Below, piece by piece: positions 49,873 through 57,657 of a stretch of 64,000 nt of DNA. Source of the DNA: an uncultured Rhodospirillaceae bacterium (GTDB lineage: Bacteria > Pseudomonadota > Alphaproteobacteria > Rhodospirillales > UBA2165). Made by a program: the position numbers and the translations under genes. The notes beneath the pieces were generated by a model, which saw only the letters and a program-made list of their open reading frames with translations, was not told the DNA's origin and did no database searches. Location: assembly GCA_964574215.1 (NCBI GenBank), contig CAZNLR010000020.1, forward strand, positions 2,466 through 66,465, in the 5' to 3' direction. Within the stretch, counting starts at the first letter, position 1. The number at the start of each line of letters is the position of its first letter.

Positions 49873-51335
49873 TAGTTTAACGTGGGCTCCGGCGCGCTCA
49901 TATGGGTTGCAGGCTCTCCGGAGGCATCCAAGGCGGCGGGCGGAAAATGGGCAATCGAATTTGCGTAGTATCTCAACAAATCTTGATTTTCAGAAATGGC
50001 GGCGATGAGTCCATCCGATTCTGTATTTATTAATTGCCGTTTGAACAATGCCTCAAAACCCTTGTCAATTATAGCGTCCTCTTCGCCTTCAGGAATCGCA
50101 ATATGCGCGCCGCTTTTCGCTAAATCCAGCAACAATTGTTGCGCTTCCGCTTTAATTTCCAACTCGGTCATCGGGCGGTCCGCGCGGCAAAGGACATTGG
50201 CGATGACGGGTACGCCCAAAACCGGCACCACCTTTCTGATTTCAGTCATAATGTCTTCAGCCAATTGCTCGACGCACTTAAACCGTTCCGGTTTATCCAA
50301 TTTGCGATAGTCCATGTTGTGTTCGGCCAGCCATTTCTTGAAAGAAATAGGCGATCCGAAACTGGCGCTGGCGGCGCCGAGTAGGGATTGTTTGTTCACC
50401 ACGAGAAACTTTAAATGTTTGAATGCCGTGCTGAAAAATGAACCCAAAATAAATTTGGCGCTGCTACCGCGAAAGTCCTTATTTTTGTCGCCGGTCAGCG
50501 TGGCGGCCTCAAACACCCAATCATAATTAACCCCGACGGGCACGAACATGATGTCGGTTTTTCCTTCGGGATCGAATGTCTTGGTAATGTAGCCCAGCAT
50601 GCCGTATTTGGGGTCGCCGACAGTGCCGTCCCGGGACAATTGCCCCTCGGCAAACACGGCGTGGGGAACACAAGCTTCGGTCGCCATTTGAACATAGCGC
50701 TCCAATACTTTGCGGTAGAGAGGATCACCGGCGTCGCGCCTTAAAATATAGGCCCCGGCAATTCGCATCAGCTGATTAAACGGCCAGACGCGAGCCCATT
50801 CCCCGGCGCCGACCGAAAGTGTCGTGTTGCGTGAGGCGAGATAAGTAACCAGCAAATAGTCAATGTTCGACCGGTGATTCATAATTAGGACGATCGCCGT
50901 ATTCGGGGTCAGCGCCTCGTAGGCTTTTTCATCTGTATGACCGAGCCGGACGCGATAAAACGTTCTGAGTATTTTCTTGAAAATCCAAATACCGATGCGG
51001 AAATAAAAATAAGCGTTGAAAGCCGGAACCATTTCCCTGGCATAGGTTGCCACGGTCGCCATCACTGCGCTTCGCGGCATGTCTCTTTCCGCCGCTACGA
51101 CATCAACGGCGGCCATAACTTCAGGGTCGTAGGTCAATCTGTCGATCAACACTTTTCTTTTGGTGATTTGAAATGTTGGCAGTTCAAGACTGAGATGCGC
51201 ATTGACGTCCTCGATCATGCGATTGATGCGGCGGCGCAATATCCAGCGAACGGCGGGCAAACATAAATTGTTCAGAAATGCAAATACGGCGAGGGCGGCA
51301 ACGACAACAACCAGCCAAATCGGCAGTGTAATCAC
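49872..51335 (-). CDS. PlsB-like glycerol-3-phosphate/lysophospholipid acyltransferase family protein
   Basis: NHRSNID (H-x4-D) block I and FAEGQLSRDG block III. There is an N-terminal TM helix. Its stop overlaps the start of the hydrolase gene (TAATG). Confidence 0.75.
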   Translation of the reverse strand: MITLPIWLVVVVAALAVFAFLNNLCLPAVRWILRRRINRMIEDVNAHLSLELPTFQITKRKVLIDRLTYDPEVMAAVDVVAAERDMPRSAVMATVATYAREMVPAFNAYFYFRIGIWIFKKILRTFYRVRLGHTDEKAYEALTPNTAIVLIMNHRSNIDYLLVTYLASRNTTLSVGAGEWARVWPFNQLMRIAGAYILRRDAGDPLYRKVLERYVQMATEACVPHAVFAEGQLSRDGTVGDPKYGMLGYITKTFDPEGKTDIMFVPVGVNYDWVFEAATLTGDKNKDFRGSSAKFILGSFFSTAFKHLKFLVVNKQSLLGAASASFGSPISFKKWLAEHNMDYRKLDKPERFKCVEQLAEDIMTEIRKVVPVLGVPVIANVLCRADRPMTELEIKAEAQQLLLDLAKSGAHIAIPEGEEDAIIDKGFEALFKRQLINTESDGLIAAISENQDLLRYYANSIAHFPPAALDASGEPATHMSAPEPTLN

Positions 51336-51596
51336 AAAATATCCCCCGTCAGTTGGCGACTAATTATACATACTATCTAACTCTTGGGGTAAACCCTAGT
51401 TTGCTTGTTCGAATTTGTCTATCGGCGGAATCATCCTGTTCCGCTATATGAAATTTGAAAAAACTGGTTTGTTTCGGGTTGGGACCCGCACTTTTTTGAA
51501 GTGAGTGCTCAAATTTGCCATGAACGTTCACTTGCGGAGCTCAGCCGAACCGGATAAAAGGCGCACCAGACGCACAATTATGTAAGAACCATTCCT

Positions 51597-52707
51597 ATGC
51601 GGGCGGAAATCGAATCCCAGGTTAGTGAAATCAAGCAGTCGGTAGAGCTGCTGAGGAGGCGGCTTTGACTACGACAACGCCGTCCGCCGCCTGGACGAGT
51701 TAAACGCGCTCGCCGAGGACCCGAAATTCTGGGACAACCCTTCATTAGCCCAATCCCTGATGCGGGAACGGACGCGACTGGAGACGGGAATCACGTCGGT
51801 TGACGAGATCGAGACCGAACTTTCCGACAATGTTGAACTCATCGGACTGGTTGAAACCGAGGACGACGCCGACGTCGTTCAGGAAGCCGAAACGGCAATC
51901 GGAGAGCTCGCCGGTAAAGTCGAAAAGGCGCGCTTGCAGGCCCTGTTGTCGGGCGAAGCCGACGGCAATGACTGTTACCTCGAAGTCCATGCGGGCGCCG
52001 GCGGCACCGAGGCCCAGGATTGGGCGCAGATGCTGCTGCGCATGTATGCCAGGTGGGCGGAAAGCCACGGCTACAAGATCGAATGGCTGGAAGAAAGCGC
52101 CGGCGAGGAAGCGGGCCTCAAATCCGCTACCATCCGGGTCAACGGCCCGGACGCCTATGGCTGGCTCAAAACCGAAAGCGGCGTCCACCGACTGGTGCGC
52201 ATTTCACCTTTCGATTCCAGCGCCCGCCGGCATACCAGTTTCTCTTCAATCTGGATTTATCCGGTGATCGACGAAAACATCGAAGTGGAAGTCGAAGAAA
52301 AAGATCTGCGCATCGACACCTACCGGGCGTCGGGCGCCGGCGGCCAGCACGTCAACAAAACCGATTCGGCCATCCGCATCACCCATATTCCCACAGGCAT
52401 CGTCGTCCAATGCCAAAACGACCGATCCCAGCACCGCAACCGGGCGGCGGCCTACGACATGCTGCGCGCCCGCCTTTATGAAGTCGAATTGCAAAAGCGC
52501 GAGGAAGAGGCCCAGGCCGAGCACGACGCGAAAACAGATATCGGCTGGGGTCACCAGATCAGGTCCTATGTCCTGCAACCCTATCAAATGGTCAAGGATC
52601 TGCGCACCGAGGTGGAGACCTCCAATACCCAGGCCGTCCTGGATGGTGACCTGGACGCTTTCATGGCCGCCGCCCTGGCTGCCCGCATCGAAGGCGACGC
52701 CAGTTAA
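51597..52707 (+). CDS. prfB: Peptide chain release factor 2, with programmed +1 frameshift (join 51597..51665, 51667..52707)
   Basis: ORF0 reads [23 protein letters not shown], then an in-frame TGA at 51666-51668. The +1 frame continues [22 protein letters not shown]... and includes SPF and GGQ ([14 protein letters not shown]) motifs. Confidence 0.95.
51654..51669 (+). promoter_or_regulatory. prfB autoregulatory frameshift site
   Basis: Internal Shine-Dalgarno AGGAGG (51654-51659), a 3-nt spacer, then CTT TGA C (51663-51669). This matches the canonical RF2 recoding signal. Confidence 0.9.
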
Positions 52708-52767
52708 AAAAGTGTACCAGGAATAATTACGCAAAAATCAGGGAAATTATTCCTGGTACACTTTTTT
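52706..52767. repeat. REP-like palindrome copy 1 (also the prfB terminator)
   Basis: AAAAAAGTGTACCAGGAATAATT (52706-52728) pairs perfectly with AATTATTCCTGGTACACTTTTTT (52745-52767). The loop is 16 nt. Confidence 0.85.
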
Positions 52768-52825
52768 TTATAATTTATTTTCGGAATCTGGGAAAAATGG
52801 CCTCTAGCCCCGCCATAATCGGAGT

Positions 52826-53485
52826 ATGCCGAGAAAACCACGCCTCATTGTACCCGATATGCCGCATCACGTTACTCAACGGGGAACCCGGCGCCAACCA
52901 GTGTTCTTTAGTCCGCGGGATTACGCCATTTACAAAGCGCTACTCGCCGAGTGGTGTGAGCGGGCGAATATCCAAATCTGGGCCTATTGCCTGATGCCCA
53001 ATCATATTCACCTTATTGCCGTTCCCAGTGATGTAGAAAGTTTGAGCCGGGCGGTTGGTGCGGTTCACCGGCGCTACGCCCGGTATATCAACAAACGGGA
53101 GGAATGGACCGGTCATCTCTGGCAGGAGCGTTATTACGCCTGCGTTCTGGACGAGAGCCATCTTCTAGCGGCGGTGCGCTATATCGAGCAAAATCCCGTC
53201 CGTTCAGGGCTGGCCAACAGAGCCCAGGATTGGCAATGGAGCAGCACGCGCGCTCACTTGACCGGATTGGACGACGAGATTGTGGTAGTAGATCCGATGC
53301 GGGCCTACATATCCAATTGGACCGCTTATTTAGAGAAAGTGCCCAACGATGAACATGTGCTCAATCTGCGCCAAGGCACGAAATACGGTATGCCGGTCGG
53401 TCAGGAGATGTTCGTCGCCAATCTGGAAAAACGTTTTGGTATGGTTCTCAGAATTCCAAAAATCGGTCGCCCAAAAAGTGCATGA
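52826..53485 (+). CDS. REP-associated tyrosine transposase (RAYT; IS200/IS605 Y1 HUH family)
   Basis: HUH motif in LMPNHIHLIA and a catalytic-Tyr motif in RYIEQNPVRSGL. The length of 219 aa is typical. Confidence 0.85.
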   Translation: MPRKPRLIVPDMPHHVTQRGTRRQPVFFSPRDYAIYKALLAEWCERANIQIWAYCLMPNHIHLIAVPSDVESLSRAVGAVHRRYARYINKREEWTGHLWQERYYACVLDESHLLAAVRYIEQNPVRSGLANRAQDWQWSSTRAHLTGLDDEIVVVDPMRAYISNWTAYLEKVPNDEHVLNLRQGTKYGMPVGQEMFVANLEKRFGMVLRIPKIGRPKSA

Positions 53486-53488
53486 TAC

Positions 53489-53544
53489 AAAGTGTACCAG
53501 GAATAATTACGTAAAAATTCGTGAAATTATTCCTGGTACACTTT
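53489..53544. repeat. REP-like palindrome copy 2
   Basis: AAAGTGTACCAGGAATAATT (53489-53508) pairs with AATTATTCCTGGTACACTTT (53525-53544). The stems are identical to copy 1, and the four differences all fall in the 16-nt loop. Confidence 0.85.
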
Positions 53545-54357
53545 TTATTTTGCCAGCGGTTCGTAGTATTCGGGTTTGAATCCGGCCTGGGTGCGGGTAT
53601 CCGTTGCGAAGGGGCGTTTGATCTGGCCCTTGAAACGGGTGCGGACCGTGTCCTGAAAGGTTGATGCCGGGTCGAGTCCTCTCCGGTCACATAAATAGTC
53701 GAACCATCTGACTCCCGCCGCCACGTGGGCGATTTCCTCTCGGGCTATTTTTTCGAGAACACCGGCGCCCAGGTCGTCACCGGCGTCCCTTAGCTTTTTT
53801 ATGGTTGCCGGGGTGGTGTCCAAACCTCTGGCTTCCAGGACCATGGGAACAACGGCCAGGCGGGCCAGCAGATCGTCAGCGGTTTGTTCCGCCGCCTCCC
53901 ACAACCCGTCATGGGCCGGCAGGTCGCCATAGGCGGCACCGTGTTTGTTCAGATACCTCTCTGTTAGATCGAAGTGCCGGGCCTCGTCCTCGGCGACGGT
54001 GATCCAGTCAGTGTAAAATTCCTCCGGCATATTTTCCTGATTAAACCGAACGACGATATCCCAGGCGAGATCGATGGCGTTCAACTCGATATGCGCTATG
54101 GCGTGCATCAGGGCGATACGTCCCTTTTCGCCTCTCAGCCGGCGGCGGGGCATTTTTCCGGGTGCCAGAAGCTCGGGCGTGTTAGGGCGGGAAGGACGGC
54201 CTTCCAAAATTCGATCACCGAATTGGCGCAGTTCCCCTTGACGCCACAACAAAGCGACATCTTCCGTCAACTTAATTTTTGCGGCCGGACTGGGTTCGTT
54301 CAGCACGGCGCAGGCGGCTGCGCTCAATGAACCATATGATGAAGATGATGCCCGCAA
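53545..54357 (-). CDS. DUF455 ferritin-like (di-iron) family protein
   Basis: ALMHAIAHIELNAIDLAWD and EARHF motifs of the DUF455/MiaE-like ferritin-fold family (recalled from memory). Confidence 0.7.
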   Translation of the reverse strand: MRASSSSYGSLSAAACAVLNEPSPAAKIKLTEDVALLWRQGELRQFGDRILEGRPSRPNTPELLAPGKMPRRRLRGEKGRIALMHAIAHIELNAIDLAWDIVVRFNQENMPEEFYTDWITVAEDEARHFDLTERYLNKHGAAYGDLPAHDGLWEAAEQTADDLLARLAVVPMVLEARGLDTTPATIKKLRDAGDDLGAGVLEKIAREEIAHVAAGVRWFDYLCDRRGLDPASTFQDTVRTRFKGQIKRPFATDTRTQAGFKPEYYEPLAK

Positions 54358-54577
54358 GCGACGACTCCCTTGATACGATTAATGCACCCGTTGAATTCAT
54401 GCCGTAACGTTATTTCGGGGGAAGGTGATAGCAAATGGACGACAAATTGCAAAAGGTAATGGGCGAGCATGAATTTGGGTGTGGTAATTCTCAGGTCAAA
54501 GGAAACAAATTTGTCGGCGAATGCAATGTGGAACTGTTGCGCCTGGTTGGCTGAATAGCTGAGTGACTTTATTCTTT

Positions 54578-57500
54578 TTAACTTGTATTTTCGGCGGGAA
54601 ATTCGATCAATTCCCGGTAAATTTCGTAGACCTCATCCGCCGTCTTCCGCATATGCTCTTCCAGAGCCTCGAAGCTTTCGCAATCGCCGGATTTTGCCAG
54701 CGCATGTTTTAAAGCCTCGGGAATTTCAGACTGCCGTTCAGGCTTGAAGTACCCTTCGATGGTCAAACGCAGCATTCCCTGGACGGCTTGCCAGAGGTGG
54801 AGCGCCGATTGGAGCGTTTGTTCCTGGTTGTCCGCCAACCGACCGGCTTCATTAAGTTTGGTGAGAGCCTCACCGGTATTTGTCGACAAAATGCCGGGGT
54901 GCTCGTGAGCGTTTCGAAGTTGCAGATATTGGGCGATAAATTCGATATCCACCAGCCCGCCTCTGATGTCCTTGATATCCCATATGAAGTCCGTATGCCG
55001 TTCCCCGTCGATGCGGGTTCTCATATCCGCCACTTCGTTCAACAGGCTCTCGTTGTCACGGGAACTTGTAAGTGTGTCTTTAATAATCCGGGAAATATCG
55101 GCTTCCAGGGCATCCGACCCGCAAATGACCCTGGCGCGGGACAAAGCCATATGCTCCCAGGTCCAGGATTTATCCTGATGATATTGGATAAATGCATTTA
55201 AATGGGATGCGATCGGGCCGGCATTACCGGATGGTCTTAAGCGCATATCGACTTCATAGAGTACGCCCTCGGTGGTGGGGGCGGTAATTGAATTGATCAG
55301 ACGCTGACTGAACCGGGCGAAATATTGACTTGGCGGCAATGGTCTGTCGCCGTCCGATTGGGTTACATCATCGTCGTGACGGTAGACAAAAATAAGATCG
55401 AGGTCCGAGGACGGCGTCATGGCATAGCCGCCCAATTTTCCCATCGCCAATACGACCCATTCCGCCCCGGCAATATGTCCGTGCCGCTCCGTGAATTGGT
55501 CGAATACGTGGTCCAGAAGATTGTCGATCGCCGATACTGCAACGTCGCTTAAAAGCCGCCCGATTGAGGCCCAGTCAAGCCGGTGGCGCAGGGCATGAAC
55601 GCCGATTTGAAGTCTACGGTCATTGGCCCACCGGCGGACGACGTCGAGAACATCTTCGAAATTGTCCGCCCGTCTTGTCAAAATTTCCAGCTCCGCTTTC
55701 ATGTCTTCGGGCGTGGGCAGGTGATCGAAAAAATCGCGGTCCAGGACACTTTCGAGAACAGCCGGATTGCGTCCCAAATGTTCCGCCAGTCGGGGAGCGC
55801 TGCCGAGAACTTCGGCCAATAGCAAAAGCAGTTCCGGATAGGCATGGAACATGGAAAATAGCTGAATTCCGGACGGCAGGCCGGACAGAAATTCATCAAA
55901 TTTGCGGAATGCGATATCGGGTTCGGGAACGCCGCCGAAAGCCGACAACAAAACCGGCATGAGTTCAGTCAAAATTTGACGTGACCGTTCGCTTCGCGTG
56001 GCGCGGTAACGGGCGTGGTGCCACCCGCGCACGGTCTCGGCGACCATTTCAGGAGCTGTGAAACCCAGATTTAACAATGTCTCCAGGGTATCCGGGTCAT
56101 CGTCGGCGCCGGTAAATATCAGATTTCCTGTAACGTCGCCGTCTGTCGCTCCCTCGCCATTGAGGCTCGGCGCCTCTTCGAACAACTCGGCGTAATGTTT
56201 CTCGACCCGGTTGAGATGCTTCAGGAGTTCCTCCCGGAAGGTAAGATGATCCGGGTAGCCGAGAAATACCGCCAGCTTCTCTACGCCGTCCGTATCGTTG
56301 GGCAAATTATGGGTTTGCTGGTCGTCGATCATTTGAATGCGGTGTTCGACCCGGCGCAAAAACCAATAGGATTCATCCAACTCCTCCGCGGCACTGCTAT
56401 CGATCTGACCGGTTTCGGCGAGCGCCCGCAGCGCGTCGCGGGTTTTTCGTTGGCGCAGTTCGGGAATGCGGCCTCCCCAAATCAGTTGTTGCGTTTGGGC
56501 GAAAAACTCGATTTCCCGTATGCCGCCCCTGCCCAGTTTGACATTGTGTCCTTCGACGGCGATCTCGGCGCCACCCCGGTGCGCGTTGATTTGACGCTTG
56601 ATGGAATGAACGTCCTGGATGCTGGCGAAGTCGAGATATTTGCGCCAGATAAAGGGCCGAAGACGTTCAAGAAAATCTTCTCCCGCCTTGATATCTCCCG
56701 CCAGGGGCCGCGCTTTGATCATGGCGGCGCGTTCCCAATTTTGGCCGATACTTTCGTAATATGTCTCTGCGGCCATGACGGAGACAGCCGGCGGGGTGGA
56801 TCCCGGATCGGGCCTTAACCGCAGATCGGTTCGGAAAACATATCCATCTTCGGTGCGTTCCGAGAGAATCTTTACTAAATCCCTGGTCAACCGGACGAAA
56901 CCCTTTTGCAAATTATCCGGTTGATCCGTTTGAATGAGCTCGGGATCGTAAAAAACTATGAGATCAATATCGCTGGAATAGTTAAGTTCTCCGGCGCCCA
57001 ATTTTCCCATACCGAGGACGATGAGTCCTGATCCGCTTTCCGGACGATCCGTATCCTCAAGTCGGATGAAACCGGATGCCGCCATTTTCGACAGCAAATA
57101 ACGCGCGGCGGTTTGGATGGAGGCCTCGGCAAACCGGCTCAATGCTTGCGTAACTTGGGCGCCGGTCCAAATATTTGCGATATCCGCACTGGCAATTGCC
57201 AAGGCCGCCCGTTGCCGGCATTGACGCAAGATTTTCATCAAGGTGGCAACGTCGGATTCGCCGATGGCGTAATGTTCAACTTTTTCCAAAATGTTAACGA
57301 ATACTTCGTCCGGACCGTCCATAATCAAGCTGTGGCAGAATGCGGGATCGCGGATCGCGCATTGGCTCAGAAAAGGACTGTTGCCTAAAACGGCGGCGAG
57401 AAAATCACTGGATGGAGGCTTTTCGCCCAGTGACTCGATTGCGGAAACCAACTCATCGCCGTCTTGGTGATTTTGCTGCTTTGCAGCTTCAACAAGCCTT

Positions 57501-57580
57501 TCCAATCCAAGTTCTACGCGTTCGGGGTGCGCCGGCTTGGGTAAATCAACGGCTTCGGTTAAAAAAGTTGGTTGATGCAT
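54578..57580 (-). CDS. glnE: Bifunctional glutamine synthetase adenylyltransferase/adenylyl-removing enzyme
   Basis: 1000 aa with two nucleotidyltransferase modules (GMGKLGAGELNYSSDIDLIVFY and AMGKLGGYAMTPSSDLDLIFVY). Confidence 0.95.
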   Translation of the reverse strand: MHQPTFLTEAVDLPKPAHPERVELGLERLVEAAKQQNHQDGDELVSAIESLGEKPPSSDFLAAVLGNSPFLSQCAIRDPAFCHSLIMDGPDEVFVNILEKVEHYAIGESDVATLMKILRQCRQRAALAIASADIANIWTGAQVTQALSRFAEASIQTAARYLLSKMAASGFIRLEDTDRPESGSGLIVLGMGKLGAGELNYSSDIDLIVFYDPELIQTDQPDNLQKGFVRLTRDLVKILSERTEDGYVFRTDLRLRPDPGSTPPAVSVMAAETYYESIGQNWERAAMIKARPLAGDIKAGEDFLERLRPFIWRKYLDFASIQDVHSIKRQINAHRGGAEIAVEGHNVKLGRGGIREIEFFAQTQQLIWGGRIPELRQRKTRDALRALAETGQIDSSAAEELDESYWFLRRVEHRIQMIDDQQTHNLPNDTDGVEKLAVFLGYPDHLTFREELLKHLNRVEKHYAELFEEAPSLNGEGATDGDVTGNLIFTGADDDPDTLETLLNLGFTAPEMVAETVRGWHHARYRATRSERSRQILTELMPVLLSAFGGVPEPDIAFRKFDEFLSGLPSGIQLFSMFHAYPELLLLLAEVLGSAPRLAEHLGRNPAVLESVLDRDFFDHLPTPEDMKAELEILTRRADNFEDVLDVVRRWANDRRLQIGVHALRHRLDWASIGRLLSDVAVSAIDNLLDHVFDQFTERHGHIAGAEWVVLAMGKLGGYAMTPSSDLDLIFVYRHDDDVTQSDGDRPLPPSQYFARFSQRLINSITAPTTEGVLYEVDMRLRPSGNAGPIASHLNAFIQYHQDKSWTWEHMALSRARVICGSDALEADISRIIKDTLTSSRDNESLLNEVADMRTRIDGERHTDFIWDIKDIRGGLVDIEFIAQYLQLRNAHEHPGILSTNTGEALTKLNEAGRLADNQEQTLQSALHLWQAVQGMLRLTIEGYFKPERQSEIPEALKHALAKSGDCESFEALEEHMRKTADEVYEIYRELIEFPAENTS

Positions 57581-57657
57581 TTCAATTAGTCCTTATATGT
57601 CGCAGACTGCGGGACCAAAGGGGAACGGTCAAGTGGCCGTAGAGTGGAGATTAATTT

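Larger units (their letters stand above)
52706..53546 (+). mobile_element. REP-RAYT unit: tyrosine transposase gene bracketed by two copies of a 60-nt palindromic element
   Basis: See the component features. The unit sits between the prfB stop and the stop of the convergent DUF455 gene. Confidence 0.75.

Noticed and set aside
51745-52734. 147-162-aa ORFs overlapping prfB on both strands
   Set aside because: prfB is unambiguous (SPF and GGQ motifs plus the recoding site), so these overlapping frames are shadow ORFs.
56195-56818. 207-aa plus-strand ORF inside glnE, and the similar 61396-61995 ORF inside tyrS
   Set aside because: Both are antisense to highly conserved housekeeping genes and have no motifs.
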